DNA of 64,000 nt from Octopus vulgaris. Its lineage: Eukaryota. The notes beneath the pieces were generated by a model. That model ran no database searches and was not told where the DNA came from. It worked only from the letters and a program-made list of their open reading frames with translations. Positions 1-12,427 of this stretch are shown here, in pieces. Location: contig OX597838.1 in the NCBI GenBank assembly GCA_951406725.2, positions 42,222,001 through 42,286,000 on the forward strand, in the 5' to 3' direction. Position numbers and translations under genes: made by a program. Within the stretch, counting starts at the first letter, position 1, and each line of letters starts with the position of its first letter.

Positions 1-280
1 CGTCGCTTCACTGGCACCTGTGCCGGTGGCACGTTTAAAAAAATTCGAGCAAGGTCCATTGCCAGTACTGCCTGACTGGCCGCCGTGCAGGTGGCACGTA
101 AAAAGCACCCACTACACTCTCGGAGTGGTTGGCGTTAGGAAGGGCATCCAGCTGTAGAAACTCTGCCAGATCAAGACTGGAGCCTGGTGCAGCCCTCTGG
201 TTCGCCAGCCCTCAGTCAAAATCGTCCAACCCATGCCAGCATGGAAAACGGACGTTAAACGATGATGATGATGATGATGA
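1..280 (+). mobile_element. 3' tail of an RTE-type LINE or related SINE ending in (GAT)n
   Basis: Same sequence as the 3' end of the RTE copy at 11640-11840 (GTGCCGGTGGCACGT..AAAAGCACCCACTACACTC..CCATGCCAGCATGGAAA..GATGATGAT). Further copies near 52290-52515 (+), 55830-56120 (-), 62490-62650 (-), 48840-49230 (-). Confidence 0.85.
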
Positions 281-616
281 GTGTTTGTGGAACCATACAC
301 ACACACACACTCACGTAATACATACATACTCCCTCGGGCGTTCAAAATCTCCCCTTCTCACCAATGAACCCACCATGCATCGGGTTGTACTGACGTTCGT
401 GTTGCCTATAGCATTAACGAGCAACCTGACAACCTGTTAATGAGCAGATGGACTGAGGAGAGTCAATGACCCTCAAAGGTGTGACAGATGCATGTGCAAA
501 TATGCAGCCAAATGCATTTAAATGCACCGAGTTGAAGGTTTGCTCTTATTTCAAGACTTTGGTGTTTGGAGTTGCCAGCATTCTTGTTTTTCTTTATTAT
601 TTTTCTTTTGTGTCCG

Positions 617-978
617 TTTCAGTCAACTGACTGTGGCCATGCTGGAGCATCACCTTTTAGTCAAAGAAATCGACCCCTGGACTTATTCTTTGTAAGCCTG
701 GTGCTTATGCTATCAGTCTCTTCTGCCAAACTGCTAAGTTATGGAGACGTAAACACCAACATTGGTTGTCAAACAATGGCAAGGGGACAAACACATATAT
801 ACACATAATTATATATATACGGCAGGCTTCTTTCAGTTTCCATCCACCAAATCCACTCACAAGGCTTTGGTTGGCCCAAAGCAATAGAAGATACTTGCCC
901 AAGGTGCCACGCAGCAGGACTGAACTCAGAACCATGTGGTTGGGAAGCAAGCTTCTTACCACACAGCAACGCCTGTGC
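617..978 (-). mobile_element. tRNA-derived SINE, family A
   Basis: Reverse complement starts with a tRNA-like head (GCTGTGTGGTAAGAAGCTTGCTTCCCAACCACATGGTTCTGAGTTCAGTCC, A/B-box-like). Many copies in the window. Confidence 0.85.
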
Positions 979-1627
979 CTTGATTATTTTTCTTTTATTT
1001 TTTACTTGTTATCTGCTGCTTTTCAATTTAATGGTTCCAAACAGTCATGGACAAACTGCGGCCCATGGGACTCTCCGAATCGAACACCTAACAAAAAATT
1101 ACCTTTTGTTAGTAATGTGGCTTGCCTGGTGAGGATCCATATCTCATGCAGCCTACTTCTCATGAGAAGTTGCCTATGTCCGATGCAGAAAGTAGGACAG
1201 ATTTCATCTGAATGTTTGATGCACCAGTAATTTTTGTGCAGCATAATTTTTCTTTCTCTTTCCGCTGTAAGTCAATACTTGAACTTCTTGGATTCCACTG
1301 TGACATTCGGAGCATCATGACCAAAGCAATATCCACCACTACCTTCGCAGTTTCCCTACTTGCAAGGACACACATAGACAGGAGCAGTCATGGTTCACCT
1401 GTCATCCTTCGTTGTCGTACAGTCACTGCATGGCATGCGCAGACTTGTTCTTGCTAAACTAGTGTCTTGTCTTCAGTGACATGATGACCCATGACAAGGG
1501 GGACTTCATGAAGAGGGAAAGAAGAAGGGAGATACAAAAGTGGTAATACTCCACAGTGAAACAACAGCCTCTGTACAGATGAGTGATGCATGCATTTATG
1601 CAGTCATACATGCATATCTATGCATAG

Positions 1628-1837
1628 GAGGGGGTGGGACTGAAAAGTTCCTGGCTTTGGGTAAAAGAAAATACAGGAGGGTCAGTTAATTATGATTTTA
1701 TTCGACATATTCCCTTTTCAGATTCACACACTTCTTGCAGTGGTCCTTCAGTTTTTCTGAGCCCTGTAAACGAACTGGGAAGGTGGGGCCTCCAACCAGG
1801 CCTTTCGCGACACCCAGGAACTTTTCAGTACACCCTC
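1628..1837. mobile_element. mariner-derived MITE
   Basis: Terminal inverted repeats GAGGG..ACTGAAAAGTTCCTGG / CCAGGAACTTTTCAGT..CCCTC; no ORF. Confidence 0.65.
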
Positions 1838-2717
1838 ATCTAAGTATGCATACACCTATGCTTATATGTATGTATGCAAGCATGGATATAAGTGTATGCG
1901 TGTTAAGGCCTCCCAGAGAAATTTTAGACTGGTTCCTAGCCTTTTGATACCAACCGGTCTGAGATCGCACCTACTTCCATTAAACGAACATTCTGTTTTA
2001 AAGTAATTCAAATTTAAACCTTCCCTCAAACTTCACACTAACTTATGTTCCAAACGGCAGTTTAAGAACGACAAAGGTATTTTACTAAATAAATTCTTCA
2101 ACATTTTAAGAATTAATTGAAACCAGGGTAGTATATATCAACAGCTGTTGTTTAACTCCAGGTCGCTGGCAGCATATCGAATGACACGATAGCTTCACAG
2201 TTAATAATGCTACATTAAACGCGTCACCACGGACATGTGCAACCAAGCACAAAATCATTAAAAATTTCTACACACGTCGAGCCTATGAGGAAGCTTCTAG
2301 GCAGTTAATCAATTTGCTAGAAATAGCAGTCGAATGTCCTTCAAATCACACGCTCAGCTATCTTTAAGAAACGCCATTCACACGAAAAATACAATTCACG
2401 TTTAATGTGGCAGCATAAGAACAATAATTATACAATTAAGAAATAAATGAAGGCACTCATTAATATAAGTCGTTGATTACTTTTGATTTCGAGTGACTGC
2501 CTGATTATTTCTCAACATGTGACATTTAAACGTTCATTGTGAATTGGGTCGCTGGCTGCAACCACGAGATGGTGGTGAAGGCCGTCAAAGGCCTCAAGTT
2601 CGCCATCAATAGCCGTAATTTGGGTTGCCTCTGAAACTTTCTGAGGACGAAACACCAGTGTTCCCTGGTGCGATGTGTAAGAGAGGGGGTGATGCAGATT
2701 TATTACTCTAACTACTT

Positions 2718-2880
2718 GGCGGCGAGCTGTCAGAATCGTTAGTGCGTCGGACAAAAGGCTAAGCAGCTCTTTACGTTCTGTTGTTCAAAAGCTGCTGAGG
2801 TCAGCTTTGCCTGTCAGCTTTGCCTGTCATCTTCTCGGGGTTAATAAAATAAAATACCAGTAATTGTTAGGGTCAATCTA
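2718..2880 (+). mobile_element. tRNA-derived SINE, family B
   Basis: GGCGGCGAGCTGTCAGAATCGTTAG head and GAGGTCAGCTTTGCC body; inverse of copies at 8370-8815 and 15810-16360. Confidence 0.75.
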
Positions 2881-2890
2881 GCGAAGATTC

Positions 2891-3192
2891 GGATCAGGAC
2901 ACCGGCAAAAGTTGGATTTTGACGGGGCCGTTTCCAACAGCTAAAAATCTACCTTAAATCACACGGCTTTTCATCTGAAAATATTTTCGCTTTTATTTTA
3001 TTTTATTTATTTTTACCGAAAAAGCTTCTCCCAGGCGAAAAAAATAATAATATTGGTCAAAATCAGTAGGTTATGAATTTTCAAAAATTGTTTTTCATAA
3101 GGAGCTTCCCCCATTCATTCGAGGTGAAGAAAAAAATTTGGAAAATCCTCGTCAGATCGGAAGGAATCCAACTTCTGTTGATGTCCTGATCC
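2891..3192. mobile_element. MITE-like element with ~28 bp imperfect terminal inverted repeats
   Basis: GGATCAGGACACCGGCAAAAGTTGGATT (2891-2918) pairs with AATCCAACTTCTGTTGATGTCCTGATCC (3165-3192). Confidence 0.55.
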
Positions 3193-6100
3193 TCCGCCCA
3201 ATTATCTTACCTACTCCGTTATTTGTTTTTGCTCATTTTATGGTAAAGTTTTCGAATATGTACAACACAGAAGGAGCCCACATAGAAAGCACACGCTGGA
3301 CTCCCAGAATCTCTACAAAAACAACAAAGTATGGTGTTTGATTGTTCATAAGACGGTAATTAAATCTGTTCAATTAGCGTTGTTAATTACATGTTCACTC
3401 GTTGATTCATCAATTATTTACACCACACCTGTGGAATCCCAAAACATCTGCGAAAATTCTTAAGTTAGCTATTTTCATAAATATATAATATACAATAAAA
3501 CGCTAATTAATTCAGTTTAATTAACCATTGTAGTAATTTATGTGAGATGGTGATTTATTTTTATAAACTAAATGAATGTAGCATGTCGTTACAATGTGAC
3601 CCCTTCCGTTTTGTACCCCAAAAAAGGGATACGTTATTCATGTACAGATTCGACAACTTTATCCTATACTTTATTAGCGTTTTTATTTTCTTAAATTATG
3701 ATCAATAAATATTTACAATCCGCCAAGAAACAAATTCTAGTTAGCTTTTTACCATCTGTTCATCTAATTAAAATTTGGTGAGGTTTATTCTGCCTATTTG
3801 CATTTCTGTTAGTTTAGAATAGAAAAGAAAACGAGAGAAAAACTTCAACATATTTGATAGAGAAAAATATACTCTTAGCGATTGTTTTTCATGGAGATGG
3901 TGTCCCTGAGTAAATTATTTTAATCTCTTAGGCTAAACGCCTCGAATGAGATTTAGTGACAATCATGCCTTTCTCTACGACAACAGTGGCAGAAGTGAAG
4001 ACTTGCTGAAGAAGCAGATTTTCAACGAGGGCGAGAAAACATCTAATAAATCGTAGGAGGTGCTAGAAATAGCAGGTCAATGACCCTCATGTAAAGGAGG
4101 GATACATTACATAGTGACATCCTAGTGTCGGGGGGGGGGGGCAGAAATGGGATGATCACGGCTGGGATACGGATATAGAATACTTTTGATCAATGTTTGC
4201 AGGATATGAAGGACTGCATTATTTAAATGTCTTTTCTTTAGTAGGAAATTAAACGGTAAATTGAGGGCGATATGACTGCTATATCTAGCAGGTCGAGCGA
4301 TGGACGTTTAGGTATCCTGGTCCGTTCTGAGAACCTAAATCCCTCCGACCCGAAAGAAAGACTCAGCTTAAAAAAAAATAATAAACGTATAAATTATGAT
4401 ATGAAAGGATTAAGGTTTTTAAACAATAATCGGATTTACGAAACAAAACGAAGCGAAAAGATAACCAGCTTTTCATGGTGGGAAACTATAAATGTGGAAC
4501 CGCAGAGATCGAACCCTCACCCGGCCAATCGACCTGCTAGGAATAGCAGCTAACTCTCCCTCAAATAGCAAACACTCGATTTAGAAAAAGAAAACCGCAC
4601 GGACTGCGTAGTCATAGATTTACAAGCAGGTGAGGTAGTCGAAGACTGAGCACTTGCTTTTATCAATTATCTTCCTCGACGAAGGTAGAACCCAGGGTGG
4701 GGCCTTAAATACTATAAACGAGAACCACTGTAATTCTAACTTCTGGGAGAAGGATGTCCTGTGTCGGCGAGAAGAACATTAAAAAAGCTCGGAGTTAAGT
4801 GGAATAATGTATTGTGTTTCTGTTTACACATATTTCATTTATAGATTTATAAATCATTCACTTTGGAATTTACTTTGATTATTAAAAAAAAGAAACAACC
4901 AAAACAGACGCATTTTCTGTTGGTTGAGATTTAATTTCTTATACTCAATGTTGGATGTTTTGTGTGTGTCAACCCTCAAAAGAAAAAATTATTTACTTGA
5001 AAATATGAAAAGATGGCGAAGGGCAGAGATGTTGCTCGTGATGAAGATGTTTAGGCATAAATTATGGTTCAGTGCTGGGTTTATTACTCGAAAATAGCAG
5101 CTCGAGTCGTTGGAAGACGAGAAAACAAGCATTATTGAGTGGGAAAGAGAGACGTGCAAGTGACAGGTGCGAAATCTCCCACAAATCGATACATTCAATA
5201 AGATGGGGCCAGATATATGCACCGTGGCTAAAAATTAAAAAAAAAACAGAACCTTCTGAGATCGTATGTTTTCTGATTAATCAGGGCTGACCCGGCTTTA
5301 AAAAACAACAACGAAATGTTACAACATTATTTTATCACCGACTTACTTTGAAGAATATGGAATCCTGCTTCCAGGAGGGCCGCACCAGTTTTAAAATATC
5401 GTAAATACCATCTTTGTAATCGTTTGGGTTGATTGATATCTGCACGACGGCCTGCGGCGACATTTCTGATCAAGTGCCGGAGATAACAACACCTATTTCC
5501 AAATGTGACCCAGCTTGTTCTGTGATGTGTTGTCACGATAGACGGGTTTTATGTTGCTGACGGTTTAACATTTACTCGACAAGTAGACAGAAACACGGGA
5601 GGCAGTCAGAGTGATAAGACACCTCAAATTACATTGATACGCGGCATCCAACTATACTACACACATAAATACTTGATGCTAGAAACTTCGAACATCAAAA
5701 CAAGTGTTTGCTTATTTTTTTAATTACAAAGCTCAGTGCAGGTTAGCACATATAAGTAATAACTGACACAATGTGACAAGAGGCACATATATATATATAT
5801 ATACACACACATCTATATATGAGACTACGCCCGTGTCAGAGGCGTAACTAAAGTAAAAGTAGTGTTGCAGATTTTAACTCTAGGCCGTCCGGTTGTGATG
5901 CTAACCTCCTCGTGACAGTCAAAGCATATATACATATATGTATATGAGTGTGTTTCGGATATTGTAATAATCTTTCTAATGTAATTAAGATATGAATGGA
6001 AATTATAATAATCCTTCCTGCTATAGACAGAAGGCCTGAGATTTTGAGAAGTCTAATCGATTACATCGAACTCGGTGTTCGACCGGTTCTTATTTTAATC

Positions 6101-6197
6101 GACTCCAGAAAGGATGAAAGGCGAAGTCGGTCACGGAGGAATTTGAAAGAAATAGTAATAATAACCATGCACTAATGCCGTTTTATTTCATTATTTT

Positions 6198-6860
6198 GTG
6201 GCTGTGTAGTCAGAAGCTTGCTTCCCAACCACATGGTTCCGGGTTCAGTCCCACTGCGTGGCACCTTGGGCAAGTGTCTTCTACTATAGCCTCGGGCCGA
6301 CCGAAGCTTTGTTAGTGGATTTGGTAGACGGAAACTGAAAGAAGCCTGTCGTATAACACCCCTATAATCATTAAAATTTCTTTAAATCTGAAATTATACA
6401 TTCAGATTATGTATTAATTGTTATAATGTGAATATTTAATATTCAGTAGACATGCCCCTTTGCATTTTTGAATGCAACGACCCTATTAGGCTTGTTACTG
6501 ATCAGATGACAAATATTCTCTTGAGGAATTTCTTGCATGGCACCTTGAGCAAGTGTTTTCTTCTATAGCCTCGGGCTGACCAAAGCCTTATTAGTGGATT
6601 TGGTGGATGGAAACTGAAAGAAGCCTGTTGTGAATGTATGTGTATATACATATATATATGTTTGTGTGTCTGTGTTTGTCCTCCCGGCATCACTTGACAA
6701 CCGATGCTGGTGTGTTTATGTCCCTGCAACTTTGCAGTTCAGCAACAGAGACTGATAGAATAAGTATTAGGCTTACAAAGACTAAGTCCTGGGGTCGGTT
6801 TTCTCAACTAAAGGCAGTGCTCCAGTATGGCTGCAGTCAAATGAAATGAGTAAAAGAATA
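6198..6860 (+). mobile_element. two tRNA-derived SINE family A copies (6198-6352, 6537-6860)
   Basis: GTGGCTGTGTAGTCAGAAGCTTGCTTCCCAACCACATGGTTCCGGGTTCAGTCCC head; GCACCTTGGGCAAGTGTCTT core in both. Confidence 0.85.
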
Positions 6861-7280
6861 AATAATAATATGTCAGTATTCTATAAAGATTAGAGGTCAA
6901 ACGTTAAAGTTTCAGTAGAGTGGGGGGGTGGAAGGTCAATCTCGGTGAGGTTATAAGGATAATAGTTTAGTTCTGATATTTAGTTTTAAATATCTGCACT
7001 AAACTATTATTCTTATAATCTTGTAATCCAAGTACTTGATTTGTGCTCTATTTTATCAACCCCAGAGGGATAAAAGGCAAAGTCGACCTTGGGGGAATTT
7101 GAACTCAGAATGTAAAGTGACAGATTGATTGTTGTAAAGCATTGTTGTCCAACACTCCATCGATTCTCCTAATCCCCCATTCTGGAGCACTATCATAGGG
7201 TTAAAACTTTCAGATATCCCTGCTGCATAAATTTTGAAGGTTTATGATGTCTGGCCACAAATGTTTAGATCGTGTATTTT

Positions 7281-7585
7281 CAGTGGTTCTCAAAGTGGGC
7301 GATATTGACCCCTGGAGGGATGTGGGGGTGGAAAGTTTCAGTGGGGTGAAGATGGGTTAGTGATTCATGTAAAAATTGGGGCCATAATGGGTGGGGGAGG
7401 GGCAATTCATGTAAAAACAACAAAATAATGGGTTTGTTAGGTTCAGTTTTATTTGTGAAAAAGAGTTGCTTTGAATTTGCTTCAGAAAGGGGTCTATGTT
7501 TGTGAGGGTTAGTTGGGGTGGGGGTGGTAGGAATGTGGCCTGGGTATCAAGGGGGTGGCAGCCTGAAAAATTTTGAGAACCACTG
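7281..7585. mobile_element. hAT (Charlie-like) MITE
   Basis: Perfect TIR CAGTGGTTCTCAAA / TTTGAGAACCACTG; 8-bp TSD no longer recognisable. Confidence 0.7.
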
Positions 7586-8369
7586 ATTTAAACCAATCTG
7601 TATAATAAATGAACCCATCTTGTGTCATAACAGTAAAACGATGACAAAAGTTTGTATTTCTGAACGGGTCATCATCTTATTTCTTTTAAGGAATTTTGGG
7701 ATGGTATTTGGAGAAGAATGAAACTTAAGGATTGCTTACCTTCGGTGGTGAAATAGGATGGAATCTAATTTCTACTTCCAAAACTAGTAACATCCTATCC
7801 GTAAGGGTTTTAATTTGATAAATATTGTGGAATGGAAGAAGCCAACAGAAAATAAAGCACAATGTAACCTAGCAGTGATGGTGACTATAAGAAACGTTTA
7901 CTTTAATTCCATTCTTTTTGGCAGTAAAACGGAAATACAAGTACGACGCCTGATCTTTGGAAACATGTCGCAATGAGTCTCATCCCAAAGATAGACTTCA
8001 CCTATAGCCCTGCTGACCACTAACCTCAATGAGGTAGTGTGGATTTTGGCCTAAATATAACATACCCATGACTACAGCAATTGCCCTCTCTCCTCCCATC
8101 ATCTCCCAAATTGGCTGCCCTCTGTGGACTGCATACTCCATACAATGTCATTTTGTCAATTCCTCTATGTCATTCACCTTTTGAAGGCAAAAGTAATTTT
8201 GTTATGCTGATGGAACTTGTCTCCCTGCGTCCCTCAGCTTCTTGTAAGGTCACACAATCGAGTGTTGATTGGGTTTCCCTCGACTCCGACCCATGCGTTG
8301 GTTTAGCACCCAACCACATACTGATTATCCCCAACATTAACATCATAAACTACTTTACACTAATACTGG

Positions 8370-8815
8370 CTCCAAATTTGGGCACAAAGCCAGCAGTTTT
8401 TGAGGGGGAGGGTATCTGGTCGATTACATCAGCCCCATTGCTCAGTTGGTACTTATTTTATCGAACCCGAAAGGATGAAAGGCAGAGTCGACCTTGGCGG
8501 AATTTGACCTCAGAACATAAGGATGGACGAAATGCTGCTAAGCATTTGGCCTCAGGTGCTAACGATTCTGCTATTTCGCTGTTGTCCTCACTTTTAATAA
8601 TGGTTTCAAATTTTGCCACACAGGCAGCCATTTTGGGGGGAGGGATGAGTCGATTACATCGACCCCAGTATTTCACTGGTACTTAGTTTATTGACTCTGA
8701 AAGGATGAAAGGCAAAGTCAACCTCAGCGGAATTTGAACTCAGAGTGTACCAGCAGGCGTAATACCACTAAGCATTCCGCCCGGTGTGCTAACGAGTCTG
8801 CCAGCTCGCTGCCGC
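8370..8815 (-). mobile_element. two tandem SINE family B copies
   Basis: Repeated block CGATTACATC..GGTACTTA..GAAAGGATGAAAGGCA.AGTC.ACCT..GCGGAATTTGA.CTCAGA. Confidence 0.8.
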
Positions 8816-8980
8816 CTTCACCTCTAATAATGATCACGGTTATGTCGATGATGGATCACTTCATTCCCCGCTCTTTAATCTTTTGCGCTCAGGTGCCATA
8901 CAACTCAGGCACCTAACATTACTTGCACTGCAGCCATGAATGGAGATCTCAAAAACAACCCCCTCCCCACCCAAAAAACA

Positions 8981-9185
8981 CTACCTCCAATGGAGATCTT
9001 GACAATTTTATCTCTTTCAAAAAAGGCACCAAAATACAATTTCTACACATCGAGGAAACTATCTCAAAGACATCACAATATCTAACAAGTTCTCCTGGAG
9101 ATTTTACATCCATAACAACAAAAACTGCCAAAAATACCATTTCTACACAAATTAATGTCCTGCATTGCATCCATAAAGAAAGCCA
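8981..9185 (+). repeat. dispersed duplicated segment (second copy 12850-13057), possibly a decayed Penelope-like RT fragment
   Basis: Near-identical ~200 bp (CCAATGGAGATCTTGACAATTTTATCTCTTTCAAAAAA...). The conceptual translation DLDNFISF..IQF..DITIS..TSI resembles the post-YxDD part of Penelope-like RTs (inference). Confidence 0.45.
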
Positions 9186-10318
9186 TCCCACTGATTAGCA
9201 ATAATTCACTCACATCAACTGTTGCCTCCTCTATCACTTCCACCACAGTCTACTCCACACATCTCTCTCTCTCTCTCTCTCTCTTTCTCTCCCACCACAT
9301 AATTACGTTAAACACTATTCCAACTTATTTCTCCCCACATCACTCCCCTGAAATGCCTTTCCCACCAACATCTTTCTTGTTCACTTGTAGATGTTTAAAC
9401 TAGATAACATTCTGAATAACAGACCTGAAAAGGTCACCACACAGCTTCTTCTTCCAACAATCTATAGAGTAAAAAAAAAAATTTAATTAAATAAAGCCAT
9501 TTAATTAGTAATCGACTATAAATTTGTTTTTATAAAATTATTCAGTAAAAAAAATAATTTTTTTAATTAACATTGTTATATAATAATGAATGAAGAATAA
9601 CACCCACCTCAATCATAGTCAAGCTAAAATGAAACCACCCCCTTCTTATATTAATGATAACAACACAATAACTACACCCTGGCTGAATTTATTAACATTT
9701 TTAACGTTAAACCTTTCTCTCGTTGAAGCTTCTCTGAGTTTTCCACATTGCTAATTGAATAACATTTTAAAAATTATAATTTTTTTGACCATGACTTTTA
9801 AATTTTATTAAATTGAACATTTTTTGGAATTTGAGGCTGTCTGACACAAAATCAAGTCACTGACTTTACATGAAATCCTGTGTGACAACCTAGTTTACTG
9901 GTTCCATGCTGTTAACTCTTGTGGTTCTCTTTTCAAGAATCTCTGGCAAGTTTCTTGCTCTTTCCTCTTAACAAAATACAAAGATTGTTTCAATTAACGA
10001 AGAATGTTGAAGAGTTTCACCTGAATGCCAACAGCAATAGAGACAAGAAAAACAACAGCTTTGAACAGTTAAGTTTATCAAAACGATTAGTTGACAAAAA
10101 CTCCCTCTAAGATGATTAAAATCTTAAAAAGAAGAAATAGAGAAAACGTCAAAGGTACTCCTGAGGTATAGGATTTTCCTGAAAATACAAACGATGCAGA
10201 TGAGAATGCACCTGGGTTTTAAAAACTAATTATGGAAAGCCATGAACATGGCTCTATCTTATTGCCTTTTCCATGAAGTGTCCGAGTTGGCAAAACCTAG
10301 AGATAATGTATGTAGTGT

Positions 10319-11840
10319 TGCTCTAATTGCTGAGTCACTATCAGAACTGGAGGAGAAGTTTCAGGTGTGGAAGCATGGATTAGAATCGAAGGGCCTTAGA
10401 GTCAACATAGTTAAAACCAAAGTCCTAATAAGTAGGAAGGTAGACAAATCACAAACGCCTTCAGGTAGATGGCCCTGCTTGGTCTGTAGAAAAGGCGTAG
10501 GTAGAAACTCTATAAGATGCACCAAGTGCAAGCTATGGACACATAAGAGGTGCAGCAATGTTAAAGGAAGGCTAACTAGGAAAATAGTTTTTGTCTGTGG
10601 CAGATGCTCAGGAGCAATAAACACTGAAAATGCACAGAGACCAACTTCTACCACGTTCCAGGGAGACAAACTAGAAGTAGTTGATAGCTTCCGTTACCTA
10701 GGTGACCAAGTCAGCAGCGGGGGTGGGTGTGCTGAAAGTGTAACTGCTAGAGTAAGAATAGCTTGGGCAAAGTTCAGAGAGCTCTTACCCCTGCTGGTGG
10801 CAAAGGGCCTCTCCTTCAGAGTAAAAGGTAGACTGTATGATGCTTGTGTAAGAACAGCCATGCTACATGGCAGTGAAACATGGGCTGTGACTGCTGAGGA
10901 CATGTGTAAGCTCGCAAGGAATGAAGCCAGTATGCTCCGATGGATGTGTAATGTCAGTGTGCATACTCGACAGAGTATGGACCTAAGAAGCATCAGATGT
11001 GGTGTGCAAGAGAGACGTTTGCGGTGGTATGGACATGTGGCGAGAATGAATGAAGATAATTGTGTGAAAAAGTGCCACACCCTAGCGGTTGAGGGAACCT
11101 GTGGAAGAGGCAGACCCAGGAAAACCTGGGACGAGGTGGTGAAGCACGACCTTCGAACTTTAGGTCTCACTGAGGAAATGACTAGAGACCGAGACCTCTG
11201 GAAGTATGCTGTGCGTGAGAAGACCCGGCAGGACAAGTGAGACCATAACCCGTGGCCTTCTACACGGGATGTAGCCAGTCCACTTAGGCATACTTTCCCT
11301 TCTTGGGACACGAAACTCTACTTGTGAAGACCTGTTGAGGCAAGTGAGAATCAGAATCGAAATCGATCAATGGAAATTGCAGCTGAGTTACCAGTGCCGG
11401 TGGCACGTAAGAGAACCATCCGAACGTGGCTGTTGCCAGTGCTGCCTCAACTGGCCTCGTGCCGGTGGCATGTAAAAAGCACCATCCGTTCGTGGCCGTT
11501 GCCAGCGCTGCCTCGATTGGCCTCGTGCCGGTGGCATGTAAAAAGCACCATCCATTCGTGGCCGTTGCCAGCCTCGCCTGGCCCCCGTGCTGGTGGCACA
11601 TAAAAAGCACCATCCAATCGTGGCCGTTTGCCAGACTCGTCTGGCACCTGTGCCGGTGGCACGTAAAAAGCACCCACTACACTCATGGAGTGGTTGGCGT
11701 TATGAAGAGCATCCAGCTGTAGAAACTCTGCCAGATCAGACTGGGCCTGGTGCAGCCTTCTGGCTTCTCAGACCCCAGTTGAACCGTCCAACCCATGCCA
11801 GCATGGAAAGCGGACGCTAAACGATGATGATAATGATGAT
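10319..11840 (+). mobile_element. 5'-truncated RTE-clade LINE: RT C-terminus with PHD-like Cys/His finger, 3' UTR and (GAT)n tail
   Basis: ORF 10242-11240 has GLRVNIVKTK, FRYLG, RIAWAKF, MLHGSETW, RRLRWYGHV and GRPRKTW, plus C-x2-C..C-x2-C-x4-H-x2-C..C-x2-C. The first ~25 aa of the ORF lie outside the element. Confidence 0.92.
11391..11675 (+). repeat. ~60-65 bp tandem repeat (about 5 units) in the RTE 3' UTR
   Basis: Unit GTGCCGGTGGCA(C/T)GTAAAAAGCACCATCC..CGTGGCCGTTGCCAG..CTGGC repeated. Confidence 0.9.
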
Positions 11841-12013
11841 ATATATATATATATATGTATGTATGTATGTATATATATATAATTAGAGGATATGTTAACC
11901 CCGTGAATGGATGGTTACATCAAAGGAAATACTGGTTCAGTACCAAGTATTTTGGGGGAATGAAATTCCCTTAAAACAATAGTTATATATTAAGCATACA
12001 GTTTATATCCAGT

Positions 12014-12427
12014 GAAATGGAGACAAGGAGGTTGACAATGATTTATTATTAACAAATTGGTTATCTTCGCTTCTTACAGCCGTTTCAATTAATACTCAAT
12101 AATTTAATTACAAATTAAATTACATTAAATTTGCGTTTATGTGACACGAATATAATTTCATCAGAGGAAAAAAAAAACCATGTACTTTTGGATGTTGTGT
12201 CTGGGCCTATCAATTCATTTCAGCAGACTCGTTTCAGGTCCGCATACAACATCCAAAGGTACATCTTTTTTTTCCTCTGATGAAATTATATTCGTGTCAC
12301 ATAAACGTAAATTTAATGTAATTTAATTTGTAATTAAATTATTGAGTATTAATTGAAACGGCTGTAAGAAGCGAAGACGACCAATTTGTTAATAATAAAT
12401 CATTGTTAACTTCCTTGTCTCCATTTC
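12014..12427. mobile_element. ~414 bp fold-back element, each ~195 bp arm carrying a hammerhead motif (Penelope-like pLTR/retrozyme type)
   Basis: 12014-12208 is the reverse complement of 12236-12427 with few mismatches. Confidence 0.85.
12272..12371 (+). ncRNA. type I hammerhead ribozyme motif with long AT-rich helix II (mirror copy 12070-12169 on minus)
   Basis: TTCCT-CTGATGA (12277-83)-AATTATATTC..GAGTATTAATT-GAAA (12355-58)-CGGCTG-TA-AGAAG; helix I is weak. Confidence 0.65.

Noticed and set aside
2641-2672. CTGAGGA-C-GAAA followed by hairpin CACCAG/CTGGTG, hammerhead-like
   Set aside because: No helix II, no UH cleavage dinucleotide and no helix I partner.
5880-5925. ACCTCCTCGTG resembling the L3 of HDV-like ribozymes
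   Set aside because: P3 does not close and no P1/P2/P4 pairing was found.
11391-11675. Repeat-with-variable-spacer pattern suggesting a CRISPR array
   Set aside because: Eukaryotic LINE 3' UTR; spacers are related to each other; no cas genes.
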